In this document: positions 54,556 through 64,000 of the stretch, in pieces
Layout of the letters: each line of letters begins with the position of its first letter
Position numbering within the stretch: position 1 is the stretch's first letter
Origin: Tubulanus polymorphus
Lineage: Eukaryota > Animalia > Nemertea
Length of the DNA stretch: 64,000 bases
Direction of reading: 5' to 3'
NCBI RefSeq assembly: GCF_964204645.1
Contig: NC_134026.1
Location: 31,334,250 to 31,398,249, forward strand
Position numbers and translations under genes: made by a program
The notes under the pieces: generated by a model
Databases searched by the model: none
What the model saw: only the letters and a program-made list of their open reading frames with translations
What the model was told of the DNA's origin: nothing

Positions 54556-56805
54556 CTAGAAATTTGGATATCATGTCAGTTTAGAAAATACAGACTTTGA
54601 AATATATATATAGATTTTTCTTGTTTTGACAACATTGAATTGTCTTTGATGTAAAGAGGCGGATCCAGGATCCAGAACTTATGCATCAGAAGAATTTGCG
54701 ACTTCAATCAATTCCAAATAACCAATCACTGATAATAATCCATATTTCCAATTAACTATGTAAAAAAGATGTCATTCGGATTATAAGTCGACAGATTACT
54801 GAAGTCATCTCTATTTTTGAGTTGCAATTTGTATTTTTAATTAAATTGACCAAGTGTAAGTCGTCAATTTAATGACCGTCCCGCCATCGAGACAACGTCT
54901 TATGTCAGTCGAAGATTGAATATTATTTTTCTTCAATTCTTACCAGAAACAGGATTAATCCTGATGAGATTAGAATGTGCTGATTATAGAACATGTTGTA
55001 ATCCTGCTTGTAATCCTGCACGCATGAAGAGTAATAAAACTGGACGTTTACAAACCCCGCAACAGCGTCACTGTCATCAGCAGCAGCAACAACGCAACAA
55101 TAACATCATCATCATCATCGATACGCCGTTACTCTCAGTATCAGCTCTATCGATGGAGTTCGGAACTGACACAGTTATCTTTCAGTGTAGTACAAAATGT
55201 ACTCAAGGAAACAATTGCGAAAAGACAAATTTATTATTCTATTCATGGAAGAATCTGTGTCCAAAATGCAGGTTGATAGCTGTGTAAATAGTCAAATAAA
55301 TGAAAGTCTCCGAGTACTTAGAGTAATCAGACAAGATCGGTCTGATAACTCCAAGCCGAGAGAAAGGTGTCGTTCTGTTTCCTGGACCCCAGACATTCAA
55401 TCTGAAAGGGATGCGTGGAGGGTTCAAGCTGTGTTTGAAGAGTGAACGCTTCAGATTATGTAGACGGTGACAAGTCTTAACGAGTGTCTGAAGGGTATGG
55501 GTGGGCACTATCCTCAGGGTAGTGCCAAGCTGCTGCAGATTGATACATGCATTAATATAATTTAGGAGTAATCAGATTGATAACTGTATCTCTACCGCAG
55601 TGAGAATGGTTTGAAGTCATTTTCCTTAGTTAAATACAAATCTTATGGTTGAAAGTGAAATTGTCGTATTATCAAAATATGGATCGATGTAAATTAGCCG
55701 GGACCTGCTGGAAATCTGATCGTAATAAACGGTTTACGTCCTAAACACAATCATATTAATGAGGTTCAACTGTCGTCTCGTTTCATTTAATTCACTTCCA
55801 GAGAAAAAAGAATCCATGTACAATAGACTTGAAACTCGAATCAATTAAGACAAGGTGATAATTGTCACCTGCAGATAAAAGAATTTCAATGAAATAGTTC
55901 AATGTGTTTGGTCCGAGTTGATGTAAGCTTGGAGAATCATTACTCCAAGATAAAAGTAACAAGACTTGAAATGATTCTAGTTAAGAGAGTCCACTGTACA
56001 TTTAAAGAAAAAATAACACATACAATTTGTAGCGAACAACTGACCACTAGTGATACTGATGTTACAACAACTCGTGGTTAGTAGTTCAATATGTATTGAT
56101 AAACAATAGTTCAACCAATAATCAAACACCATAAAATCAATGTATTCATCGATATCGCAATCAAACAAGTCAAGAGCAAACCGAGTATCTAGAGTTCAGA
56201 GTTTAACATCGTCAGAATGAGATGCAACACGAAAACTATCATTTTAAAGATATGAATGTATTTACAGAAACAACTGAATTCGCCACTTGTAGACTGGTTG
56301 CCGATCTCTAATGAAAGATGACGTCACGATATTCCTAGTGTGGCATGCGGGTGATAAGTTAGTTCACATATTCGCCGTCTACAATATCCTTAGAGGCAGC
56401 ACTTGACGGTTACGTACAATATCCTGATTTTAACTCGCTAGATTTGTAAATGTTATCTCAAATAGATTACGTACATGTATACGATTGAAAACTATATTAA
56501 GTATATCAAAAAATCCAAAGCTAGCTAAATTTAAATGTTCCCTTTTTCATATGATTTGTGTTTATCAGAATTAAGTTTACTGGGTGATATTTTCCTTTGA
56601 ATATTATGCGAACCCTCGTAGAATCTCAAGGCATAAATTAATAATTTCTCATCCCTGGTTCTTTTTGCTGATGTAAAAAAAATATAACAAAACAAAAACA
56701 CTATGGAATTCATGAAAATGTTTTATTGTACAATATATACAATTGTAACATGGCTGTTGACTAGATATATTTACAGTAATAATCATATAAATAATAAATC
56801 AAGAA

Positions 56806-57718
56806 AGCTGATGAACTGGAGAGTCTTCAGTCCCCAGAGCTGATGAGCTGGAGTCTTCAGGTCCTCAGAGCTGATAAGCCGGAGTCTTCAGGTCCCAGAG
56901 CTGATAAGCTGGAGTCTTCAGTCCCCAGAGCTGATGAGCTGGAGTCTTCAGTCCTCAGAGCTGATAAGCTGGAGTCTTCAGGCCCTCAGAGCTGATAAGC
57001 CGGAGTCTTCAGGTCCCAGAGCTGATAAGCTGGAGTCTTCAGTCCCCAGAGCTGATGAGCTGGAGTCTTCAGTCCTCAGAGCTGATAAGCTGGAGTCTTC
57101 AGGCCCTCAGAGCTGATAAGCTGGAGTCTTCAGGTCTTCAGAGCTGTTGAGCTGGAGTCTTCAAGTCCCAGAGCTGATAAGCTGGAGTCTTCAGTCCCCG
57201 GAGCTGATAAGCTGGAGTCTTCAGTCCCCGGAGCTGATGAGCTGGAGTCTTCAGGTCCCAGAGCTGATAAGCTGGAGTCTTCAGGTCCTCAGAGCTGATG
57301 AGCTTGAGTCTTCAGGTCCTCAGAGCTGATAAGCCGGAGTCTTCAGGTCCCAGAGCTGATGAGCTGGAGTCTTCAGGTCCTCAGAGCTGTTGAGCTGGAG
57401 TCTTCAGGTCCCAGAGCTGATAAGCTGGAGTCTTCAGTCCCCAGAGCTGATAAGCTGGAGTCTTCAGTCCCCAGAGCTGATAAGCTGGAGTCTTCAGTTC
57501 CCAGAGCTGATAAGCTGGAGTCTTCAGTTCCCAGAGCTGATGAGCTGGAGTCTTCAGTCCCCAGAGCTGATAAGCTGGAGTCTTCAGTCCCCAGAGCTGA
57601 TAAGCTGGAGTCTTCAGTTCCCAGAGCTGATAAGCTGGAGTCTTCAGTTCCCAGAGCTGATGAGCTGGAGTCTTCAGGTCCCCGGAGCTGATAAGCCGGA
57701 GACTTCAGGTCCCCAGAG
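56806..57718. repeat. 30-32-bp minisatellite (GAGCTGATAAGCTGGAGTCTTCAGTCCCCA), probably within the COMMD4 3'UTR
   Basis: ~29 tandem units beginning ~20 bp after the COMMD4 stop; a minus-strand AATAAA lies beyond it at 56722-56727. Confidence 0.92.
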
Positions 57719-57736
57719 TTTCCACCTAGTGTTAAT

Positions 57737-59814
57737 TCAATCAGTTCCTCCACTCACATTCTCCATTATACTCAATGCTTGCTTCATATCTACCAAAAAG
57801 ATAAATGAACATTGATGATAAATGATGGAAATCTGTGTTGAAAATATTTTGACTTAATCCTAATAGTCATCTAAGGAATAAAACTAGTATTTGTACCCGC
57901 AGTATAAACTATAATACTAGTCCTGAAGATGACTAATAGGATAAAGTCTAAACTTTGAATAAACTACACTGATATAGAGGTAAGATATAATGAGGTTGCT
58001 GAGATATTTACCATTAAGTAAAAGCCTGAATTTATCATCTGAGGCTGTGAATGATACTGCAGTTTGATTTCCATCAATATCTTTAGTTGTAAGTTGTAAT
58101 TGTACACAAGGTTTATTTACATCCTACAACATACAACATTACAATCAATCAATATTACAACAATGATAACCGGTAAATGATATTGAAATATTTGTACCTG
58201 TAACTCACTGGAACTGATTACGTAATCAACTCTCCAATCAATAGACTCTAAACTACTCACTACAAATACAAAATACAGATATATGTTTGAGAGGGTACCA
58301 AGGGAGAGAGGGGTGTCTAGGACAGGGGGAGGGGGTGTCCAGTATAGGGGAGGGGATTTCCATAGTACCGGGGGAGAGGGGAGTCCAGTACAGGGAGAGA
58401 GGGCATCCAGTACAGGGGAGAAGGTGTCCAGCAGGGATGGGTGTCCAGTACCGGGGGAGAGGGGAATCCAGTACAGGGAGAGAGGATGTCCAGTACAGGG
58501 AGAGAGGGATGTCCAGTACAGGGGGAGAGGGGATGTCCAGTACAGGGGAGGTGTCCAGCAGGGATGGGTGTCCAGTATAGGGGAGGGGATGTCCAGTACA
58601 GGGGGAGAGGATGTCCAGTACAGGGGGAGAGGGGATTCCAGTACAGGGGGAGAGGATGTCCAGTACAGGGGGAGAGGGATGTCCAGTACAGGGGGAGAGG
58701 ATGTCCAGTACAGGGGGAGATGATGTCCAGTACAGGGGAAGGGGGAATCTGAGAACTTACATCGCAAACTTTGAGCCTTGAATTTAGTGTGTAATTTACT
58801 GTGGTTATCGCTGTAAGTTTTACACAGTGAAACACTGTGTTCTGAAACAAAACAAACAAACTCTCACAATGTGACGATATAGCGGCTGAGAATATCGAAT
58901 TAGAGGGGGGTACGTTAACTCTCACAATCTGACGATATAGCGGCTGAGAATATCGTTTTAGAGGGGGTTGATATACGTTACCTTTAGGCAAACCGAGCTG
59001 TTGTAATTCATTTGATAGCGTCTCTCCATCCACGCTGTATTTGGTAGCGTTTGATAGTATTAATTCTAAACAGGCTATACTTGCTTTTATATCGCTATTA
59101 TCTAGAAATATAAACATATCATTAAATAATTACCTCTGCAGCTGCTGCTGCTGCTGCTGCTGGTGCAGGGGCTTGTCACATTTAACAGTGAATGAAGGAA
59201 GCCATGATAGTATCTGAGTGCCAGTCTATTCAGGATTATAGGGGGTTAGTCATTGATGTGACCAGCACCTGCTGCTGCTGCAGACAAGTTATCAATTTCT
59301 ATAATTACCAAATTTCGCATCTGCAGTCAGCTTCTGTACTTTAGCATACTGAAAATGAAATGATTTCGTCTAACAAGGTGAAGAACGACAGTATCACAAT
59401 GATGAGATCAAATTAATTTTTAGTTTGTCAACAAAGATCAAGTCAAGAAAGAATAAGTCAAAAGGATGAATATAATTACATCAATATTGCTGTGATCTGC
59501 CAACATACTCTTCACCACTTGAATACATAGTAATTTCATTTTCACAGACGTCTGAAAATTAGATATAAAGAAATTGTAATTGTGACAACTGTTAAAGAAA
59601 CTGAAATAGTACAGCAGGGTCAGGGAGGAGGTTAGTTTTACTAGAATTATTACCATTTTAGCGAGAGTACTGATCTCAGCGAGAACCCAGTCAGGGCAAT
59701 CTAAGTCACCACAAAATCGAAATTTCTGAAATATCATAAATAATTCGTTTTTTATAAACATTTAATGCTTGAATTATAATTGTTGAACACTTAGGAAGTT
59801 ATTCCACCCACCAT
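57737..59814 (-). CDS. COMMD4: COMM domain-containing protein 4, 204 aa
   Basis: Exons 59814-59812 (ATG only), 59725-59654, 59551-59480, 59348-59309, 59101-58982, 58841-58761, 58259-58198, 58123-58012, 57789-57737; all in phase. [34 protein letters not shown]...[15 protein letters not shown]...[12 protein letters not shown]...P.VQLQL are COMMD4 signatures. Confidence 0.96.
58312..58745. repeat. ~22-bp G-rich minisatellite GTCCAGTACAGGGGGAGAGGAT in a COMMD4 intron
   Basis: Tandem units; explains the overlapping spurious ORFs. Confidence 0.92.
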
Positions 59815-60022
59815 CTTGACATTAGCGGTAGCAATATAGTTTATTTTATTGAATTCGATACTGCGCGCGCCATCTATGAAAAGATTCGGTTACAGAAGTA
59901 TGGAAGTACCCGGTATTTCAAGGACGAAGAGCAATAATTTTGAGTGAGAAATATTTCTTACTTTTTTGGATGCTGCAGGCCCACAAGCCCATGTAAAGGG
60001 TTGTATTTAGTATTTCAGAATC
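59815..60022. promoter_or_regulatory. Compact bidirectional promoter region COMMD4/MRPL9
   Basis: Divergent start codons only 208 bp apart. Confidence 0.7.
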
Positions 60023-61490
60023 ATGTATCGAAGTTTATCTCAATGTGGTCAAATGTTACTGAAGGGTTTCACTACAAATCTTCAACAAACCCGAGTAAGT
60101 AGTGAAAACTCACTTGCCACAGGTGACACTGACATAACTAACTATTGATTCTAATTCTTGATTTGTTTATTTTTCAATATAGAATACAGTAATAATGAAA
60201 CGTAAATTTCCTCCACCGTTGTCCAAACTGAATTCTCGCCCTCGGAAACTACGAGCACGGCACAATATTTATGAAATTGTAGAGGTTGCTCATATGAAAA
60301 AAACTCCTAAACTCGAAGTGATTTTAACCGATTACGTGGAAGGACACGGTATCCGTGGAGATCGAATACTCGTCGATAGAGTCGTCGCTAGGAGACAGCT
60401 CCTTCCAACAGGTCAGGCGGTTTACGCTTCACCGGAGAATATAGCAGAATTTGAACGGGAGTTACGTGTAAGTATTTCAGAACAGTCTATATATTTGATC
60501 GAATTCGAAATGGAAACTGATTCGATTGTTGTTGTTTATGAATGAATTGTAGGATCGCGGACCCGATGAGAAATCAGCTAAACTCACTGCTTACTGCATG
60601 AAGGTAAGATAACTCCCTCTAGTGGCAGATTTAGGTAAATTGGAAGGTGGGTCCCGAAGTTTAGAGAGGAAATTCTTTTGATTAAGCAGCCACACCTGGT
60701 ACATGCAAGGTAATGTCCTGGCACTTACTGGAAAGGCAGGGGTCCGGACCCCCAAAAGTTTCCCCTAGATCTATATTTAGTCTACGTTCGACTTGTATCT
60801 CCGCAGAACGTCCGCTGTACTATAGCGCCACCTATAGTTTGAGTGGTCAAAGTCAATACTTGACCAAATCTATACAGTGATGGAAAGCCTGTATAATTAT
60901 CTTCAAAATAACCAATAGTTGTAATGCATGATTTTCAGTAGTTTTCACACTGTATCTGTACTTAATGTTTATATGCAAATTCAATTGGTTAATTAAGCGG
61001 TTGTTATTCTGGAACATAAATATGAAGTCACGGTGTCTAGTGGGTTAATCTATCAAACAGACTCTTCTCGGTATTTACTATGGATTCATGTATTTATAGA
61101 CTATAAGAGAATTACAGACTTTGAAGTTGTTTGTTCCGATGAATAGAAATACAGAATGGACCCTGAGTAAAAAACATATACGAATAGCGTTTCGATATAC
61201 GGTAAATATATCAATTATTGATACATGAATCGAGAGTATCGACTGTCAGTCTATAACGGATGATATAATGTTTATTTCAGGGTGTTATTGTACCGGAAGA
61301 GGCTATCACTTTACCAGAAGATGAAATAACTCATCGATCAGCTGAATTACCGTTTAAAATAGCCGTATCGGTGAATGAATTAGATCCATTTGAAATAGAT
61401 ACAGAAATATTTCTGATAGATAATGACGATATCGAATCTACGGGAAAACATGTTCCAACTGAAATATTCACCGAATCTAGTAATGATTAG
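60023..61490 (+). CDS. MRPL9: Mitochondrial ribosomal protein L9 (bL9m), 239 aa
   Basis: Exons 60023-60094, 60183-60467, 60553-60603, 61100-61201, 61281-61490; all phase 0. Presequence-like N-terminus; LEVILTDYVEGHGIRGD...RRQLLPTGQAVYASPEN matches the L9 N-terminal domain of MRPL9. Confidence 0.93.
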
Positions 61491-61572
61491 ACAACAATGA
61501 AATCATAGTTCAACGTTTTACAATTAAATATGTGTGTATTTGAAAATTTTGTTGCGTAGAATTTCTGCCGAT

Positions 61573-61822
61573 AATCTCAGAGATATCGGGAATATATCTC
61601 AGAGATATCGGGAATATATCTCAGAGATATCAGGAATATATCTCAGAGATATCGGGAATATATCTCAGAGATATCAGGAATATATCTCAGAGATATGAGG
61701 AATATATCTCAGAGATATGAGGAATATATCTCAGAGATATCAGGAATATATCTAAGAGATATCAGGAATATATCTCAGAGATATCAGGAATATATCTCAG
61801 AGATATCAGGAATATATCTCAG
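61573..61822. repeat. 22-bp minisatellite ATCTCAGAGATATCAGGAATAT
   Basis: ~11 tandem units. Confidence 0.93.
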
Positions 61823-62117
61823 TGATACGAACAGATTTTCTGGTCTCCTGATGTTCGTTTTAACGAGGTTCCACTGTATATAAAACTATCAGTTAAAACA
61901 GATTTTCCGTTGCCCTGATGGTTCTTTAGTATAAGACTCAGATCTATGGTTTAAGCGAGGTTCTGCTGTATACAGATTAGAACCATCAACTACCGGTAAC
62001 AGATTTTCTAGTCCCTCAAAGGTTATCGTACCAAATCACCAAAGTCTATAAGTTGGTATAAGACTGAACCGGCTCAAGATGTCCAAAAAGAGATTGACCC
62101 CTAATGGTTGAGGTAGC

Positions 62118-62254
62118 TGACCCAAAACCATGTGGAGACGAACTGTCTTCAGCTGGGAGCTTATCCGGGACCAGGCTCAACACACAGCTAAGGACCAGTC
62201 CATGTGGAAGAAGTTCGTCATGGCCTTGAAGGGATGAAGAGGACTAAGTAAGTG
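62118..62254 (+). mobile_element. Degenerate 3' end of an RTE-clade LINE
   Basis: Remnant peptides PKTMWRRTV and DQAQHTAKDQSMWKKFVMAL resemble the RTE ORF C-terminus; followed by a GAGGACTAAGTAAGT-type tail. Confidence 0.6.
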
Positions 62255-62741
62255 AAGTGAAAGCTCATCGTGATAAGGTTCTGCTGTAGTGAGAGTCAAC
62301 AGCATAAGGAACTAAACTCAAGCATAAATTTATTAATTTGATTTTATTCATAATTATAATCATTCAACCACATTGAATTACCAAAATCTCTTAACCCAAA
62401 ATCCTTTAAAGAAAACTTATTATTACATGATATAAGTAAACAGAACTATGGCCCCTCGTCAGTGAATAAATGCCACCACTATCTATATCAAATATGTCAC
62501 TATTGTGTACTTGATTTTAATCTATATCAACAGAGATTATTGTAACTACTCTGAGTGAACTTTAAAACTATTAAAGTAATCTTGAAAACAAATGAACCAA
62601 GATAGCACAGTCTTACAACATTTAAATACCTACTAAAAGTACATTTAAAATATCCTCCAAAAACTGAGGAAGTTTTAATTTTTCAAATTTCATGCATATC
62701 ACAGTTTATTATTTACAGTCTACGTCTGCTAAACGTCGGGG

Positions 62742-63727
62742 TCACCTGCGACCTTGAACATCGAAGAATGCATCTTCTTTATAAACTTGGTTGTGAGGTA
62801 GATCTAACTGCCTCTCAGCTTCTGATATATCATTGTGAATTTCTGAGATTAAACTTCCTGAAATGATATTTCAATACATGCAATAATCATCATCAGCTTC
62901 CCGGTAATGTGGGAATGAATATAGATTGAATTCTTACCTAATGAGTCAAAGCTTTTCTCTGGTCTGATGTAACCGAGCATTACTATTTTCAACGTACATC
63001 CATAAAAATCACCATCAAACTTATTAATGATATGAGTTTCCTGAAAAATAGAATTATTGTTTTTTTAATAATTAAACCAGATAACTAATATCACAGCTTG
63101 TCACATGAAGCAAGGGTTCAAAATCAAAAACCTAAAACCCATATTTTCAATTTTGGGGATTACAAACTCTCGTGTCTACCGGTCGCTTCTATCAGGTTTA
63201 TGGACAGTCTAAGAGCGTATTCTGCAGACGCGGATCTAGGGGGCAGCACATGCTGCACGTGCCACCCTCTAGATTTTCCCCCGAAAATTATTACTATGTT
63301 TTTTTTGGTGGAAAGAATCGCAAGTGCTTGGGAATTGCATCTGAAGGGGATAATGCCCTTTTAAAATATTGCCTGCCCTTCTGATTTTGTGCTACCCCTA
63401 AAATTTTGTCCCGGATCCGCGCCTGTTCTGGTTACAACAGCACCAGAAGAGGATTTCGGAATCGGTAGAGACCAATTGAAACCTCAATACAGTCACCTAG
63501 ATCCTAGGTTTACGTGGTAAATCTTAGATTTTGGACCCCCAGGTTTATGTGACATGAAATATCAGTAAAACTAACCATTGATCTTTTCTCATTTTTATAA
63601 AATGGATTCCACCCGATACTCATCACCATTTTATAGATCGGTCCATCGTCGACAGTCGCCCAGCCGTGATATATTCCACTCTCGATATCATCGGGTAAAT
63701 TATCAACGACATCTTCCGGGAAATTCG
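62742..63727 (-). CDS. RFK: Riboflavin kinase, 3' exons (first coding exon lies beyond the window)
   Basis: Exons 63727-63576, 63040-62938, 62857-62742: ANFPEDVV...GIYHGWA...[33 protein letters not shown]...LGYIRPEKSFDSL-GSLISEIHNDI...*. Confidence 0.96.
63225..63425. mobile_element. ~200-bp MITE in an RFK intron
   Basis: Imperfect TIRs CAGACGCGGATC / GATCCGCGCCTG, flanked by the direct repeat TTCTG (63220-63224, 63426-63430). Confidence 0.6.
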
Positions 63728-64000
63728 CTACAACAAAAACCAGAATCATGAATTTACATAAATCAATCTATATTTATATAACAGATCTGAGATTGGAATA
63801 ACTAATAAATAAGATGAAATGTTGATTCAGTGATTGTGATTCAGCTGTCAGTGAATGGATGATGAGTCTGTCTACAGTTTCTCTTCCTCTTGCTCTGTCT
63901 GAGACTGAATCTGCTGCTGCTCTGTTGGAATAAAGCTAGAATCCAAACGAATAAAGGACACGTCACTCCTAAATATGAAATTATACAATTCTTAGCTGTC

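Noticed and set aside
55040-56170. Candidate signal-peptide first exons of the guanylyl cyclase (VIVALLLLMTVTLL near 55050-55105; MNTLILWCLII near 56117-56148)
   Set aside because: I found no phase-0 GT donor joining them to the acceptor at 54555; the start exon is left unresolved.
56806-57718. CTGATGA (+) and CTGAAGA (-) words suggesting another hammerhead array
   Set aside because: No GAAA core segment or stem I partner in the unit. The ORFs here are also repeat artefacts.
58117-59117. Long ORFs of 100-266 aa across the COMMD4 region
   Set aside because: Read-through of one real exon into introns and a G-rich minisatellite.

Overview
Eukaryotic (metazoan, probably a lophotrochozoan invertebrate) genomic DNA with GT-AG introns. 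In the first ~39 kb I recognise no protein-coding exon; it is filled with microsatellites, minisatellites, MITE-like palindromes and tRNA-derived repeats. The last 25 kb is gene-dense: RPS12 (+), a 20+-exon receptor guanylyl cyclase with an atypical short ectodomain (-), COMMD4 (-) head-to-head with MRPL9 (+), and the 3' part of RFK (-). Main non-coding observations: (1) two tandem arrays (7.3 kb and 46.1 kb) whose 69-bp unit matches a minimal type I hammerhead ribozyme of the Penelope-like-element/retrozyme kind, with dispersed relatives across the window; (2) a 268-bp palindromic element carrying a different hammerhead on both strands, inserted with a 12-bp target duplication into the catalytic core of one array unit; (3) four tandem copies of a SNORD100-like C/D snoRNA in a single RPS12 intron; (4) a 32-bp palindrome with a 7-bp duplication that resembles a P-element excision footprint. 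All gene models were assembled by eye, with splice phases checked. No database searches or folding programs were run.
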